Position numbers and translations under genes: made by a program. From the NCBI RefSeq assembly GCF_965363235.1, contig NC_134847.1, positions 69,910,935 through 69,974,934 of the forward strand: a DNA stretch of 64,000 nucleotides. Reading direction: 5' to 3'. The notes below the pieces were generated by a model. It was given only the letters and a program-made list of their open reading frames with translations, had not been told where the DNA came from and did not search any database. The DNA is from Mytilus galloprovincialis. Lineage: Eukaryota. Positions 35,846-49,294 of the stretch are shown here, piece by piece. The stretch's first letter is position 1. Every line of letters starts with the position of its first letter.

Positions 35846-35980
35846 AAATATGACAAGTTAAAAGAGACCATGCTGTTTTATAATTTGGAGATACATGTAG
35901 CTGAGCCGGTGGATTTGAACAGATCAGACTGTTATAGATTCAGGGTCTATTCACATTTTGGTTCACTGACTGACATTGAG
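35846..35980 (+). CDS. PARP4: PARP4-like exon 4.
   Basis: KYDKLKETMLFYNLEIHVAEPVDLNRSDCYRFRVYSHFGSLTDIE. This is the only open frame. atatttcag / GTAGAT. Confidence 0.55.
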
Positions 35981-36513
35981 GTAGATAAGATTATCAGATT
36001 GTAATTTCTTGATTTCCAAATATTTAGAAGATTCATAAGTTAAAGAACAACTACTGTGGATTCATTATTATTCGTTGGATACCATTTTTTGTGGATTATG
36101 GGGTACAGGTAAACCATGAAAGTAAAAGTTTGACCAACAACAAATTTTCTATTGGCTAAATGTGTTCACAATTTGGCAAAAACCATGAAATTAAATATCG
36201 ATGAACATATAAGTTTTCCTTAAGCCACGAACATTGATACCCATGAAAATAAATGAATCCACAATATCTGTCAAATTAATATAATTGATTGGTTAATAAG
36301 TTGTGCTGTGAAATATTTTTGTTCATAAAATTGCCATTGTTCTTATGTCTCTGATTGATACAAACATTGATGACATATTTTGTTAACCTGTATGTTTATT
36401 GAGATCTAATATCTGAACATTTACAGTTAATTATAAAATGAACACCAGTGTATAGTGTGGAAGAAAACCATATAAACAGCAGTCTGTAATAATGATTTGA
36501 TATTATTTTTCAG

Positions 36514-36666
36514 AGAGGTGTTACAGAATGTCGGTATGTTGCCACATCAGATGATGCCCTACATGTGTATACCTATTTACATACTGAACAAACTCGACCT
36601 CCATACAACATGGATGTTATATACCAACCCTTGTCAAGAAAAATTGGTTCTACAAACTTTCAAAAG
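36514..36666 (+). CDS. PARP4: PARP4-like exon 5.
   Basis: RGVTECRYVATSDDALHVYTYLHTEQTRPPYNMDVIYQPLSRKIGSTNFQK. tttttcag / GTAGGT. Confidence 0.55.
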
Positions 36667-36699
36667 GTAGGTTGTATAAAAAGTTGATAAAATATAAAA

Positions 36700-36935
36700 A
36701 TTGAAGATTTGGTATGATTGCTAATGAGAGAAAATGACATAGAACTATAAGTCACTGTACAACCTTCTTGAATGAGCAAATGACCCATATCACAAAGTCA
36801 GCCATATGAGTCCTTGAAGTGACAGCAACAAACAACCACCACTGAATGAAATACTCCTGACTTGGGACAAGCACTTACAGAATGTGATGGGGTCAAGCTA
36901 TAGTTTGCTGGTGCCCAACCCTCATTGTTTCCATA
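36700..36935 (+). mobile_element. SINE-like family copy (divergent) in PARP4-like intron 5.
   Basis: gaagatttggtatgattgctaatgagag...ctgacttgggacaagcac...ggtgcccaaccctc parallels 2886-3250. Confidence 0.45.
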
Positions 36936-37556
36936 TAAAGATATCTTTAATTCTATGGAAATTTGTACCTTTCTGAAACTCGTTGTACAAAAAAATTTAA
37001 TCAACGTATGGTTGCCTGTGATCTCAGAAGATGATTGTATGATTTAAAGGGTCATAATCTTTATCACCCTACTGAATGAATCAAAATATTCTAACAGGTG
37101 TTAATGAAATTGACAACATCTTAGAATGTTGCAGGCACTTGAAGGGGATTTTAGTTTAGCAAAAAATTGTTACATAGTTACTTTTGGATTATCCAATTTA
37201 TCGAGGCTCAGACTTTAAAATTGATAATTTAACTATCTGGATTGGATAAATCTGATAATTCACTGGTTTCAATGAAAGAATCTGTATATATAATTATAAG
37301 AAGTAACAGCCTATGGTTAACTTTAACCTTAAAGATTTAACATGTCAAGTACACTAGCTAGTATGAGCCTTAATATTGAGAACCAGATTAAACATTTTCT
37401 GTGGAAACAAATAGAATGACCATTGAGATACATTTTTTTCTGTACTTGCATTCTGAGAAATGTAAAACTGTTCAATTGACATGTCAGAAATTGCAATTGG
37501 ATCATAATTGGGCGAGTTTATTGTTTAGTTTGCTTATTCTTATTATTGTTTTTCAG

Positions 37557-37694
37557 ATGGTAGAAATATATGGAATGGACAGTCGTCCCTTGTCACCATC
37601 AACTGTAGAGTTAATTGAACATATCTGGAAAGAGGCTACAGGTGAAATAGAGCAGGTGATAAGTGTACCTTTACAGAGCATCAAGTTCGAACAG
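37557..37694 (+). CDS. PARP4: PARP4-like exon 6: start of the PARP helical regulatory domain.
   Basis: MVEIYGMDSRPLSPSTVELIEHIWKEATGEIEQVISVPLQSIKFEQ. tgtttttcag / GTATGT. Confidence 0.6.
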
Positions 37695-38143
37695 GTATGT
37701 AAACTTTTTATGAACTAGAATACAAACTGGAATAACTTATATAACTTGTACCTTTGATAACCAATTATATACAATGTTATGCAATAAGTATTTGTCACTA
37801 ACGATCTTTACTATATATTTCTAACTATAACAAACAGTATTATGAACGACACAGCTATTTTATATTTTATATCTATTGATGATTTGTCATCAGTTGTCTT
37901 AGTTTTTTTCCTGGAGTGAACATTTAGTTTGATTGAAATAAATGGCAACGTTCCAGACAAAAATGAAATGAGAAAGCGTCATAATAAAAGTATAACCAAA
38001 GTTGTTAGTTCAAACCCTGCTTGTGGCATGTTGCATTAATGGATTTTATTTGACACAGTTTGCAACTTTTACTGTAGAAGGCTTTTGGTTTTCTTTGGGT
38101 ACTCTTGCTGCCTCAACCATTGAAAAATATGCACCATGATAAT

Positions 38144-38357
38144 ACTGTAAATTCAGAAATTATTGTGTGCATTTTATTATTGCTATTTGGTCATTTTAGA
38201 CTTCAATGCGATTTTAATCTTTACGATTTTGCGAAAAATCCTGTTTAATTCATATAAAATATTTCAAAATGTCAGTTTAAATTATTGCGTTTACCACATT
38301 TTTTCGCATTTTTCTCAATATTAAAAACCTTGCAATAATTTCTGAATTTACTGTAGT
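38144..38357. mobile_element. MITE of about 215 bp with TIR CTGTAAATTCAGAAATTATTG / CAATAATTTCTGAATTTACTG. A paralogue lies at 58322-58530, and the same head occurs at 25118-25157.
   Basis: Termini read directly. The internal sequence is shared with 58322-58530 (attattgtgtgcatttWattattg...ttgattcatataa.aaatttcaaaatg). Confidence 0.55.
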
Positions 38358-38485
38358 CAAGGGTCTTTAAGTGGCATTTATCACAAGCATACCAGAAAAT
38401 GAATTGTACAGTATTTGAATGTAATGCAAATGTTGATCTGATAAAAATATGTAATACAACATTTTTCTTTTGACATATATTATAG

Positions 38486-38653
38486 ATAGAGAAAGCAGAA
38501 GCTATTCTGTTGAAGATAAAGGATTGCAAGGATGACTTAAAAGTAGAACAGTTGTTTAAAGAATTCAATGAAATATTACCACACAAAAACAAAACTCAAC
38601 CAGTCAAATCACATAGGAGATCATGGCTATCAAAGAAACAAGATATATGTCAG
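38486..38653 (+). CDS. PARP4: PARP4-like exon 7: helical domain.
   Basis: IEKAEAILLKIKDCKDDLKVEQLFKEFNEILPHKNKTQPVKSHRRSWLSKKQDICQ. attatag / GTAATA. Confidence 0.6.
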
Positions 38654-39239
38654 GTAATATGTTTGATTCATTTCAATTACCAGAAATACTCTTTAACTGT
38701 ATTCTGACTTCTCATGCAACTTTTAATGGGTTAAGTGGATCCCTGAATCTTTGAACATAATCAAAACCTGCCTATAGAAATATATTAAATTTTATCATTT
38801 AAAAACACTTACAAAGCAGTCACATAGAATATATCCCCATTAGAATATTCATCCCTTAGCTCAACACACTGACATAAATTTTATGCCTAGCAAACCCATT
38901 ATTGACTTCAAATTATGTCACATAAAACCAAACACTTTCACAGAAAAGAGTCATGTTAGTTAATATTCATATAGAAACACTTTCTTCACTCATTTTCCAT
39001 TACAATTAGTGATCTTTATTGTTCTTGTATATAGAAATGTCAGGACAAAATAAGAACACATTTTGAAGGAAGATTTTGTAAGTCTGAGTAAAGAAATGCT
39101 CTATTACAAAATTAGATGTTTCTTTCTTATCATTTTTACCTATTACAAAAGGAGGTAAATCACTAGTTTCCTGACTTTTAGAATTTTTGTGTATGTATTT
39201 GACATGATGTATGTATTTAAAGATTATGACATATTTCAG

Positions 39240-39400
39240 ATGATTAAAGATATGGTAGCTGTGAGTGAGTCTACAAACTGGTCAACCAGAAGTAGTACCG
39301 AGGCCAAGTATAAAGCATTACGATGTAGACTTGATGGTTTAGAGATTACAGATACAGAATATAAACAGATCAAGGAACACATTATACAGTCTCTCAAACA
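39240..39400 (+). CDS. PARP4: PARP4-like exon 8. The donor GTTTGT is weak, so the 3' boundary is uncertain.
   Basis: MIKDMVAVSESTNWSTRSSTEAKYKALRCRLDGLEITDTEYKQIKEHIIQSLK. The phase-2 exit needed by exon 9 fits CA|gtttgt. Confidence 0.45.
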
Positions 39401-40307
39401 GTTTGTATTTTTGATATCTTACATTATTTTGTTGTTGATGATGATTCAATAACATTTTAATGTATTTTTATATATCAATGGTAATCAATGAAATTTGGGT
39501 GCAATAAAACCTGGTTGTTGTCTTCTATGATAGAGAGGCCAAGTGGTCTTAATAGCTCCTGCAGGTGCACATGACTCAAATCTTAATTGACTAGGATTGT
39601 CAGATTTTCTAACAAAGGTCAGTAGTTTTCTCTTGGCTCTCCCACTTCCTTCACCAATAAAAACAGGCTGCTATCAAATAGCCATAAAGTGGTGCTAAAA
39701 GTGGAATTTAAACACAAAAAATTAAATCATATCAAATCTTCTATATAGGATATGTAATTGTCATCTTTAGGACATATTTAGAATCGAAAACCTTATTAAT
39801 TAGATCTTTATGAAATCATGATGAATGGGTTCAAAACAATTAAAATGAATCCTTAGTTTTTACTAACTTCCTAAGAAATAAGAGATTGATGTTTGTATCA
39901 CTTTCTAGATTATCATACTGATTAAAATACACCTCTAGATGTCTTTTTCTTGGGTCATTGTGTTTTTGGACGCTAATATTTAATCCAAATCTTAAAGAGA
40001 AAACATCAAGAAGTCAATAAATTTAATACTTGTAGTATAAGTAGTTAAGCTTTGATGGTACCACAAGATTTATGTATTTATATAGTGTCAGAAAAACACC
40101 CATCTGAAAAAGTTTGAAAAAAATGTTCTACATCCAGTCATTCTTCAATGGATATTTTTTTTTCAAGTTTTATTCTTTGAATCAGCTGTCATTGAGAAAT
40201 TAATGGCAATATGTTGTATTTTGCTTGTTTTTTAGGGGTAGTATAGCTATTAAGTTTATTGCTGGTCAGTTCAGGATTTACAACTTATCAGTAATTTTTT
40301 ATTTCAG

Positions 40308-40448
40308 AGGAAGTCCTGAGATCAGCATTAGTAATGTTTTCTGTGTTCATCGACAAGTTGAAGAAGACAATTTTAGAAAAGATTTAAGACCTCAGAAGTT
40401 GTTGTTTCATGCATCAAAAGTTCAGAACTTTGTTGGAATATTATCTAG
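40308..40448 (+). CDS. PARP4: PARP4-like exon 9: PARP catalytic domain, H-G-S-type motif.
   Basis: GSPEISISNVFCVHRQVEEDNFRKDLRPQKLLFHASKVQNFVGILSR (LLFHAS...GILS resembles LLWHGSR..N..GILS). atttcag / GTAAAA. Confidence 0.65.
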
Positions 40449-41010
40449 GTAAAAAGTTTTAATTTAATCACAAATGGCCAAATAAATAGGACCATAGTAG
40501 AATCTGAATGTACTATTGAAGAGTTTTGCTTTTCATTATCTTAATATTATAATTCATTAGTTTCTAAGGGATTTTTATGAACCATATCACCAAATCTCTT
40601 AAAATTTTACACAATATGATTGATAACTAAATAACCAGGTTCATTTGCATGATTTTCAGATTCGGCCTTTCAACAGTTCAGTTGTAAACATCCTGTTGCA
40701 AAGCCAAAATTTCTAAGAAAATTGAAACAGAGAATTGAAAGGCAATGTTTTAAAGATCTCCCGCACATAATAATTTAAAAAAAAAAACAAAACTTAAAAA
40801 TATGTCTGTGTTAATATATATAGTGCCTTCCAACAACCAATCTATTATTTTCTGATATAGCCAATCCTTTTTTTTTCTGGAATAGAAAAAATATTTAAAT
40901 TAAAAATTACATTTGTAGATTATACATATAAAAAAAACCATGATATGACAAAATTGATGTAACTGCTTTATACCACAATTTTGTGACAAGTATTAATCTT
41001 TCTTTTTTAG

Positions 41011-41109
41011 GGGTTTACTTTTGCCTAAAATAATTGTTGATGATTTTGGTGGAACCAGAACAGATGCAGGAATGCTTGGAAATGGTGTCTACTTTGCCAG
41101 CTCTGCTAG
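41011..41109 (+). CDS. PARP4: PARP4-like exon 10: catalytic, Tyr-Phe-Ala motif.
   Basis: GLLLPKIIVDDFGGTRTDAGMLGNGVYFASSAR (resembles GKGIYFAD). ttttttag / GTATGT. Confidence 0.65.
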
Positions 41110-41479
41110 GTATGTAGAGGTCAAATTAACTCAAATAAAATTCTGTAAAACAAAATGGACTTTTGTCATATAGTGTTGACCTCAGTGGTCAATTTTGTTT
41201 TCAATGTTAGATATTTGCGTGGCAATCAATTTTTCTTTATTTTAATTCTTGAAATGAGAATAAAGTGTAACTGAAAATTTTCCTTCTATCTTGGGATTAG
41301 ATTCAAGGTTATTTGAAGGTTATTCAAATTTGCAAAGTTCTGGACATTTTAGTAGGTAAGCTCTTTATCTTTCGTGTATATGAAAGTCAACAAGATATAC
41401 AAATGAATAAAGTACTTAAATAATGTAAGATTCAAGTCAGAGAATGATAAACATAATATGATTTATTTTAATATTACAG

Positions 41480-41663
41480 TACTAGTATACAATACTCAGA
41501 CCAAAGTAAATGTAAGGGAACCAGAATGATGCTAGTCAGCAATGTTGCCCTTGGCAACTGTAAAGATTTCACAGAATACCACAAAGATCTACAGGGGCCT
41601 CCAGAGGGGTATGATAGCTGTCATGGTGTAGCTTCGTCAGAAGATCAATCTTCAGAATTTCAG
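41480..41663 (+). CDS. PARP4: PARP4-like exon 11: catalytic.
   Basis: STSIQYSDQSKCKGTRMMLVSNVALGNCKDFTEYHKDLQGPPEGYDSCHGVASSEDQSSEFQ (LVSNVALG resembles LLLCEVALG). attacag / GTACAC. Confidence 0.6.
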
Positions 41664-41929
41664 GTACACAGACAAATAACAAAAGCCTCTAATGGTTTAA
41701 TATAACCAGTACATTGGGTTTTTTTTTTCACCAAGAAAAGATGTAAAATTTCAAGAGATTCTTGATAAATGGGGTCCACCATGACCTTGTAATACTTTTA
41801 CTTGTGTAGCTTCTTTGCAACAACAAATGTAGAATAAAAGTTATCAATATGTTTAAGATTTTTAATGAATTTTGAATGATATTAAAAAATAATATGGAGA
41901 AATACTTGTGACATGAGCTCACAGTACCT

Positions 41930-44900
41930 AGATTGCACATTCCTAAAAGACAATACAAAGGATATGGGCTATCCATCCATGACACAAGCACATTCCTAAT
42001 AGACACTACAAAGGATATGGAGTATCCATCCATGACACAAGTACATTCCTAATAGACACTACAAATGATATGGGCTATCCATCCATGACACAAGCACATT
42101 CCTAATAGACAATACAAATGATATGGGCTATCCATCCATGACACAAGCACATTCCTAATAGACACTACAAATGATATGGGCTATCCATCCATGACACAAG
42201 CACATTCCTAATAGACAATACAAATGATATGGGCTATCCATCCATGACACAAGTACATTCCTAATAGACAATACAAATGATATGGAGTATCCATCCATGA
42301 CACAAGCACATTCCTAATAGACACTACAAATGATATGGGCTATCCATCCATGACACAAGCACATTCCTAATAGACACTACAAATGATATGGGCTATCCAT
42401 CCATGACACAAGCACATTCCTAATAGACACTACAAATGATATGGGCTATCCATCCATGACACAAGCACATTCCTAATAGACACTACAAATGATATGGGCT
42501 ATCCATCCATGACACAAGCACATTCCTAATAGACACTACAAATGATATGGGCTATCCATCCATGACACAAGCACATTCCTAATAGACACTACAAATGATA
42601 TGGGCTATCCATCCATGACACAAGCACATTCCTAATAGACAATACAAATGATATGGGCTATCCATCCATGACACAAGCACATTCCTAATAGACACTACAA
42701 ATGATATGGGCTATCCATCCATGACAAAAGCACATTCCTAATAGACACTACAAATGATATGGGCTATCCATCCATGACACAAGCACATTCCTAATAGACA
42801 CTACAAATGATATGGGCTATCCATCCATGACACAAGCACATTCCTAATAGACACTACAAATGATATGGGCTATCCATCCATGACACAAGCACATTCCTAA
42901 TAGACACTACAAATGATATGGGCTATCCATCCATGACACAAGCACATTCCTAATAGACACTACAAATGATATGGGCTATCCATCCATGACAAAAGTACAT
43001 TCCTAATAGACACTACAAATGATATGGAGTATCCATCCATGACACAAGCACATTCCTAATAGACACTACAAATGATATGGGCTATCCATCCATGACACAA
43101 GCACATTCCTAATAGACACTACAAATGATATGGGCTATCCATCCATGACACAAGTACATTCCTAATAGACACTACAAATGATATGGGCTATCCATCCATG
43201 ACACAAGCACATTCCTAATAGACAAAACAAAGGATATGGGCTATCCATCCATAACACAAGCACATTCCTAATAGACACTACAAATGAAGTACATTCCTAA
43301 TAGACAATACAAATGATATGGGCTATCCATCCATGACACAAGCACATTCCTAATAGACAATACAAATGATATGGAGTATCCATCCATGACACAAGCACAT
43401 TCCTAATAGACACTACAAATGATATGGGCTATCCATCCATGACACAAGCACATTCCTAATAGACAATACAAATGATATGGGCTATCCATCCATGACACAA
43501 GTACATTCCTAATAGACAATACGAATGATATGGGGTATCCATCCATGACACAAGCACATTCCTAATAGACACTACAAATGATATGGAGTATCCATCCATG
43601 ACACAAGCACATTCCTAATAGACACTACAAATGATATGGGCTATCCATCCATGACACAAGCACATTCCTAATAGACACTACAAATGATATGGGCTATCCA
43701 TCCATGACACAAGCACATTCCTAATAGACACTACAAATGATATGGGCTATCCATCCATGACAAAAGTACATTCCTAATAGACACTACAAATGATATGGAG
43801 TATCCATCCATGACACAAGCACATTCCTAATAGACACTACAAATGATATGGGCTATCCATCCATGACACAAGCACATTCCTAATAGACACTACAAATGAT
43901 ATGGGCTATCCATCCATGACACAAGTACATTCCTAATAGACACTACAAATGATATGGGCTATCCATCCATGACACAAGCACATTCCTAATAGACAAAACA
44001 AAGGATATGGGCTATCCATCCATAACACAAGCACATTCCTAATAGACACTACAAATGATATGGGCTATCCATCCATGACACAAGCACATTCCTAATAGAC
44101 ACTACAAATGATATGGGCTATCCATCCATGACAAAAGTACATTCCTAATAGACACTACAAATGATATGGAGTATCCATCCATGACACAAGCACATTCCTA
44201 ATAGACAATACAAATGATATGGGCTATCCATCCATGACACAAGCACATTCCTAATAGACACTACAAATGATATGGGCTATCCATCCATGACACAAGCACA
44301 TTCCTAATAGACAATACAAATGATATGGAGTATCCATCCATGACACAAGCACATTCCTAATAGACACTACAAATGATATGGGCTATCCATCCATGACACA
44401 AGTACATTCCTAATAGACAATACAAATGATATGGGCTATCCATCCATGACACAAGCACATTCCTAATAGACACTACAAATGATATGGAGTATCCATCCAT
44501 GACACAAGCACATTCCTAATAGACACTACAAATGATATGGGCTATCCATCCATGACACAAGCACATTCTTATAGACAATACAAATGATATGGGCTATCCA
44601 TCCATGACACAAGTACATTCCTAATAGACAATACGAATGATATGGGGTATCCATCCATGACACAAGCACATTCCTAATAGACACTACAAATGATATGGAG
44701 TATCCATCCATGACACAAGCACATTCCTAATAGACACTACAAATGATATGGGCTATCCATCCATGACACAAGCACATTCCTAATAGACACTACAAATGAT
44801 ATGGGCTATCCATCCATGACACAAGCACATTCCTAATAGACACTACAAATGATATGGGCTATCCATCCATGACACAAGCACATTCCTAATAGACACTACA

Positions 44901-46200
44901 AATGATATGGGCTATCCATCCATGACACAAGCACATTCCTAATAGACACTACAAATGATATGGGCTATCCATCCATGACACAAGCACATTCCTAATAGAC
45001 ACTACAAATGATATGGGCTATCCATCCATGACACAAGTACATTCCTAATAGACAATACAAATGATATGGGCTATCCATCCATGACACAAGCACATTCCTA
45101 ATAGACAATACAAATGATATGGAGTATCCATCCATGACACAAGCACATTCCTAATAGACAATACAAATGATATGGGCTATCCATCCATGACACAAGCACA
45201 TTCCTAATAGACAATACAAATGATATGGGCTATCCATCCATGACACAAGCACATTCCTAATAGACAATACAAATGATATGGGCTATCCATCCATGACACA
45301 AGCACATTCCTAATAGACACTACAAATGATATGGGCTATCCATCCATGACAAAAGTACATTCCTAATAGACACTACAAATGATATGGAGTATCCATCCAT
45401 GACACAAGCACATTCCTAATAGACACTACAAATGATATGGGCTATCCATCCATGACACAAGTACATTCCTAATAGACAATACAAATGATATGGAGTATCC
45501 ATCCATGACACAAGCACATTCCTAATAGACACTACAAATGATATGGAGTATCCATCCATGACACAAGCACATTCCTAATAGACACTACAAATGATATGGA
45601 GTATCCATCCATGACACAAGCACATTCCTAATAGACACTACAAATGATATGGGCTATCCATCCATGACACAAGCACATTCCTAATAGACACTACAAATGA
45701 TATGGGCTATCCATCCATGACACAAGCACATTCCTAATAGACACTACAAATGATATGGGCTATCCATCCATGACACAAGCACATTCCTAATAGACACTAC
45801 AAATGATATGGGCTATCCATCCATGACACAAGCACATTCCTAATAGACAATACAAATGATATGGGCTATCCATCCATGACACAAGCACATTCCTAATAGA
45901 CACTACAAATGATATGGGCTATCCATCCATGACAAAAGTACATTCCTAATAGACACTACAAAGGATATGGAGTATCCATCCATGACAAAAGTACATTCCT
46001 AATAGACACTACAAATGATATGGAGTATCCATCCATGACACAAGCACATTCCTAATAGACAATACAAATGATATGGAGTATCCATCCATGACACAAGCAC
46101 ATTCCTAATAGACACTACAAATGATATGGGCTATCCATCCATGACACAAGCACATTCCTAATAGACAATACAAATGATATGGGCTATCCATCCATGACAC
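41930..46200. repeat. Intronic satellite: about 80 tandem copies of a 53-bp unit (ACAAATGATATGGGCTATCCATCCATGACACAAGCACATTCCTAATAGACACT).
   Basis: The 53-bp period was verified at 42061, 42114 and 42167. Variants segregate (gcac/gtac, cact/caat, gggc/ggag). Lies inside PARP4-like intron 11. Confidence 0.85.
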
Positions 46201-46427
46201 AAAATCAGTAGGTGCACACCAAAAAAGCACAAGAAGCAAACAGTGCATTTATAGTTGTTCTTCTTCTAGGGGTAACAGTTAGGCCTACAATGCTGAGCAA
46301 AGAAACTCCCACCCTTCTGCAATTCCAAGACAACCACCAGCACCGGTCCTAGTAAAGTTTTGTGTACATACCACAGTATATTGTACAATTTAATTATATG
46401 TTACAATTTTTATTTTAATTTATACAG

Positions 46428-46575
46428 GATGATGAATATGTCATTTACAATACAAACCAGCAGATCGTAGAGTACTTAGTGGAGTTTTCTGTGGAAGGGG
46501 ATATCAAACAATCGTTCAACATAGAATCAATGTTCACCATGGAAGAAGATGTAGATTTAGATGTTAACCAGCAAA
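46428..46575 (+). CDS. PARP4: PARP4-like exon 12: end of the catalytic domain, with the catalytic Glu.
   Basis: DDEYVIYNTNQQIVEYLVEFSVEGDIKQSFNIESMFTMEEDVDLDVNQQ (resembles NEYIVYD...KYLL). tatacag / GTAATA. Phase-1 exit. Confidence 0.65.
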
Positions 46576-47040
46576 GTAATATTATTATTTAATATCACTT
46601 TTGCAGTTAATACCCTTATTATAGGAAATTCAAACTATTCAATTGGTGTGAATTTCATAAGTAAATTTTGATATAATTGAAAAACAAATGACTGTGGAAC
46701 ATATTCACTGAATAGACTAAAACTAATGGTAGTATTCATTATAGTCATTTTGGTCCCATTATACTTACTGACTCTTATGACAATTGTGACTTTTATTAAT
46801 TTACTAAATATTCAACATAATTTATTTGCTTAAAATCATTTCATCCTTAAGTATTAAATATCAGAAATATTTTAACTTAACTGTTGTCTTATCTTAAATA
46901 ACTCTCAAAATAGTTTTGCCAATGGACGTTAACCAACCAACTTATTATCAATCAAAATAATTTAGTAAAGTCTTAACCTCATTGTATGTTTCTTTAGTGC
47001 AGTGTGCATTAACTGTCCCAAATATTCTTTTATATTTCAG

Positions 47041-47174
47041 TTGATTTAAAAGATGTTTCTGGAATAAAGAATCCCATGGACAAAGTAGAGCCAGGATTGG
47101 TATCTACCTCAGGAGAATCATGTGTTCTTAAATCAGTCCATATCAGAGCTCAGCTTATGGACTTGGCCTCAAAG
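47041..47174 (+). CDS. PARP4: PARP4-like exon 13: start of the VIT domain.
   Basis: IDLKDVSGIKNPMDKVEPGLVSTSGESCVLKSVHIRAQLMDLASK. tatatttcag / GTATGA. Confidence 0.6.
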
Positions 47175-47317
47175 GTATGATTATACCATCAGTACCTAAC
47201 ATAGAAAAATATTTTAAAACTATTCACATTGCTGGACAAATTAAACTACAATATACTGTTTGGCAATTTTCTTTAAGGAATGTCATTAATTGTGGCTTCA
47301 AATGTTTGTGAGTAGAT

Positions 47318-47470
47318 GTGATATGAGTGCCAATGAGACAACTCTCAAATCCAAGTCACAATTTGGTAACAAATAACGGTCTTCAATATGAAGCATTGGC
47401 CCACACCAAACAGCAAGCTATATAGGGCCCCAAAAATGACTAGAATAAAACCATTCAAATGGAAAAAACA
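47318..47470 (+). mobile_element. SINE-like family fragment.
   Basis: tgatatgagtgccaatgagacaactctcaaa...ggtcttcaatatgaagcattggcc parallels the head of the family. Confidence 0.4.
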
Positions 47471-48038
47471 AAAGAGTTGTTTCTCTTTCACACTGGCTGC
47501 AATGCCAACTTTTACTTTTCAAATTCATAATTCATGATTTTACTGTCACAGATTGATGACTGTTTAAACATTTTCAGACATCTCAAAAGTCAAGTATACA
47601 AAAATTGATAATTTGTAGTAAAATCTGAATAAGTTCTGAATAAAAGTTTTTTTTCTGAAATAGGCAGGACTTCAGTAGAAATTGATCTCAATGTAACCAA
47701 AACATGTAAAGGAATGATATCACTTTTCATTCTATTATTCAATCCTTGCAAAACTGTTAGAAGGAAACTAATGCCATTGTAAAAAAAAAAAGACATTTAT
47801 GCAACAGGTTATAATTAGGAAATTGAATTGAACAATGTTGTTTTTTTTGTATTTCAGAAAATATTCAAGAATAGTTGGGTTTTATGAAGGCATACTCCCA
47901 ACATGCACCTATGTAATTTCATAAGCTGAATAGGCTTGATGGGTTCTGTTTAGACCTGTTTTGCTGTAATCCTACTTTCAAAGCCATTTATGTATTGGAA
48001 GCCTGTTACATTTTTTCCGACAATACTTTATATTTCAG

Positions 48039-48263
48039 GTAGTAGTTTTACAGGAGTACCACAACAATAGTACCTCTACTCTAGAAGCTAAGTATGTGTT
48101 TCCATTAGATGATATGGCTGCTGTTTGTGGATTTGAGGCTTTTATCAACGGTAAACATATTGTGGGAGAAGTAAAGGAGAAGGAGACGGCTCACAAGGAA
48201 TACAAGAAGGCAATAAGTGAAGGACATGGAGCTTATCTCATGGATCAGGATGAAGAAACTCCC
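48039..48263 (+). CDS. PARP4: PARP4-like exon 14: VIT domain.
   Basis: VVVLQEYHNNSTSTLEAKYVFPLDDMAAVCGFEAFINGKHIVGEVKEKETAHKEYKKAISEGHGAYLMDQDEETP. tatttcag / GTAGGT. Confidence 0.7.
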
Positions 48264-49294
48264 GTAGGTTAAATAATAGGCCGTTTCAGAATCTAAAGGT
48301 CTATGGGTTACTCAATTGTTTGTACCCAACATTGAAAATAACACCACAGCATTGGTCTAATTTCAATTATTTAGGACATTTTTAACCAATCATGACGCTT
48401 TGGTGTACACTTATGAAAATATTACCCAGAATGCATTAGATTCTTAAACAGCGAATTATATACTTGCTGTTTTGTTTTATTGTACTCATTATTTTGTTGT
48501 TGTCTTGTTGCTATTTTCCCACATCTCCTGTTAGTAATACTACAGGAATAATGTTTTAACAGTATATAGTTGTACCTTTTTAATGTGTATGGTTACATTA
48601 ATGAGTCAACTGTGAGTTAAATTATTATATAAAACATTTGGTGTCATCAAATTCAAATATATTAAAGGATCTTTTTGAACACACAGGTCATGTAAACATT
48701 TACAATACAGTGCACAGATCAATTTGTTAGCCAACTTTACATATATAAATTGAACACCAAATTTCTTAACCCTTTCAACGCTACACAAAAAAAAGAGAAA
48801 AATGGCTGCTGCTGCTGCATTTTTTGTGTGTTCATTCATTAGAACAGTATATTCCTTTTCAGACTGCTGTATCTTTTTTATTATAAGAGATACAGAGAAA
48901 GTTATTGCATGAAAAATGCTCAGGAGAGTATGAACTGTAATGTTGGGCAGTTATTTCAGTAAAATTTTTATCAGGTTACCTGCATTTTCATGTAATTAAC
49001 AGGTAAAAGGTGTAATTTATTACATTTGTGTTGAATTTGGAATAAAAACTACTTTTAGTCTTCATCTATTTTGTTGTTTTATCTGCCATATAATAAAGAA
49101 GACACCAATTGCTCGATTCCGTAGCGTATAGCACCATTCACAACGTATTATGTAATCTTGGCACAAATCAGTGGCTCCGTCCTCAAAATTTTCAGTCAAC
49201 CTCCGTTTTCCGCGAATAGCAGTGGCGGACGGCGTATGTCATCGCGGCATATGCCGTGTAAAGCGTTGAAAGGGTTAATATAGTGAATGTAAAA

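Noticed and set aside
41728-44711. Minus-strand ORFs 41728..42033 and 44526..44711 (MDGYSISFVVSIRNVLVSWMD...).
   Set aside because: They lie entirely within the 53-bp satellite, and the peptide is periodic.
41930-46200. CRISPR-like regular repeats.
   Set aside because: It is a eukaryotic intronic satellite. The units are contiguous with no unique spacers.
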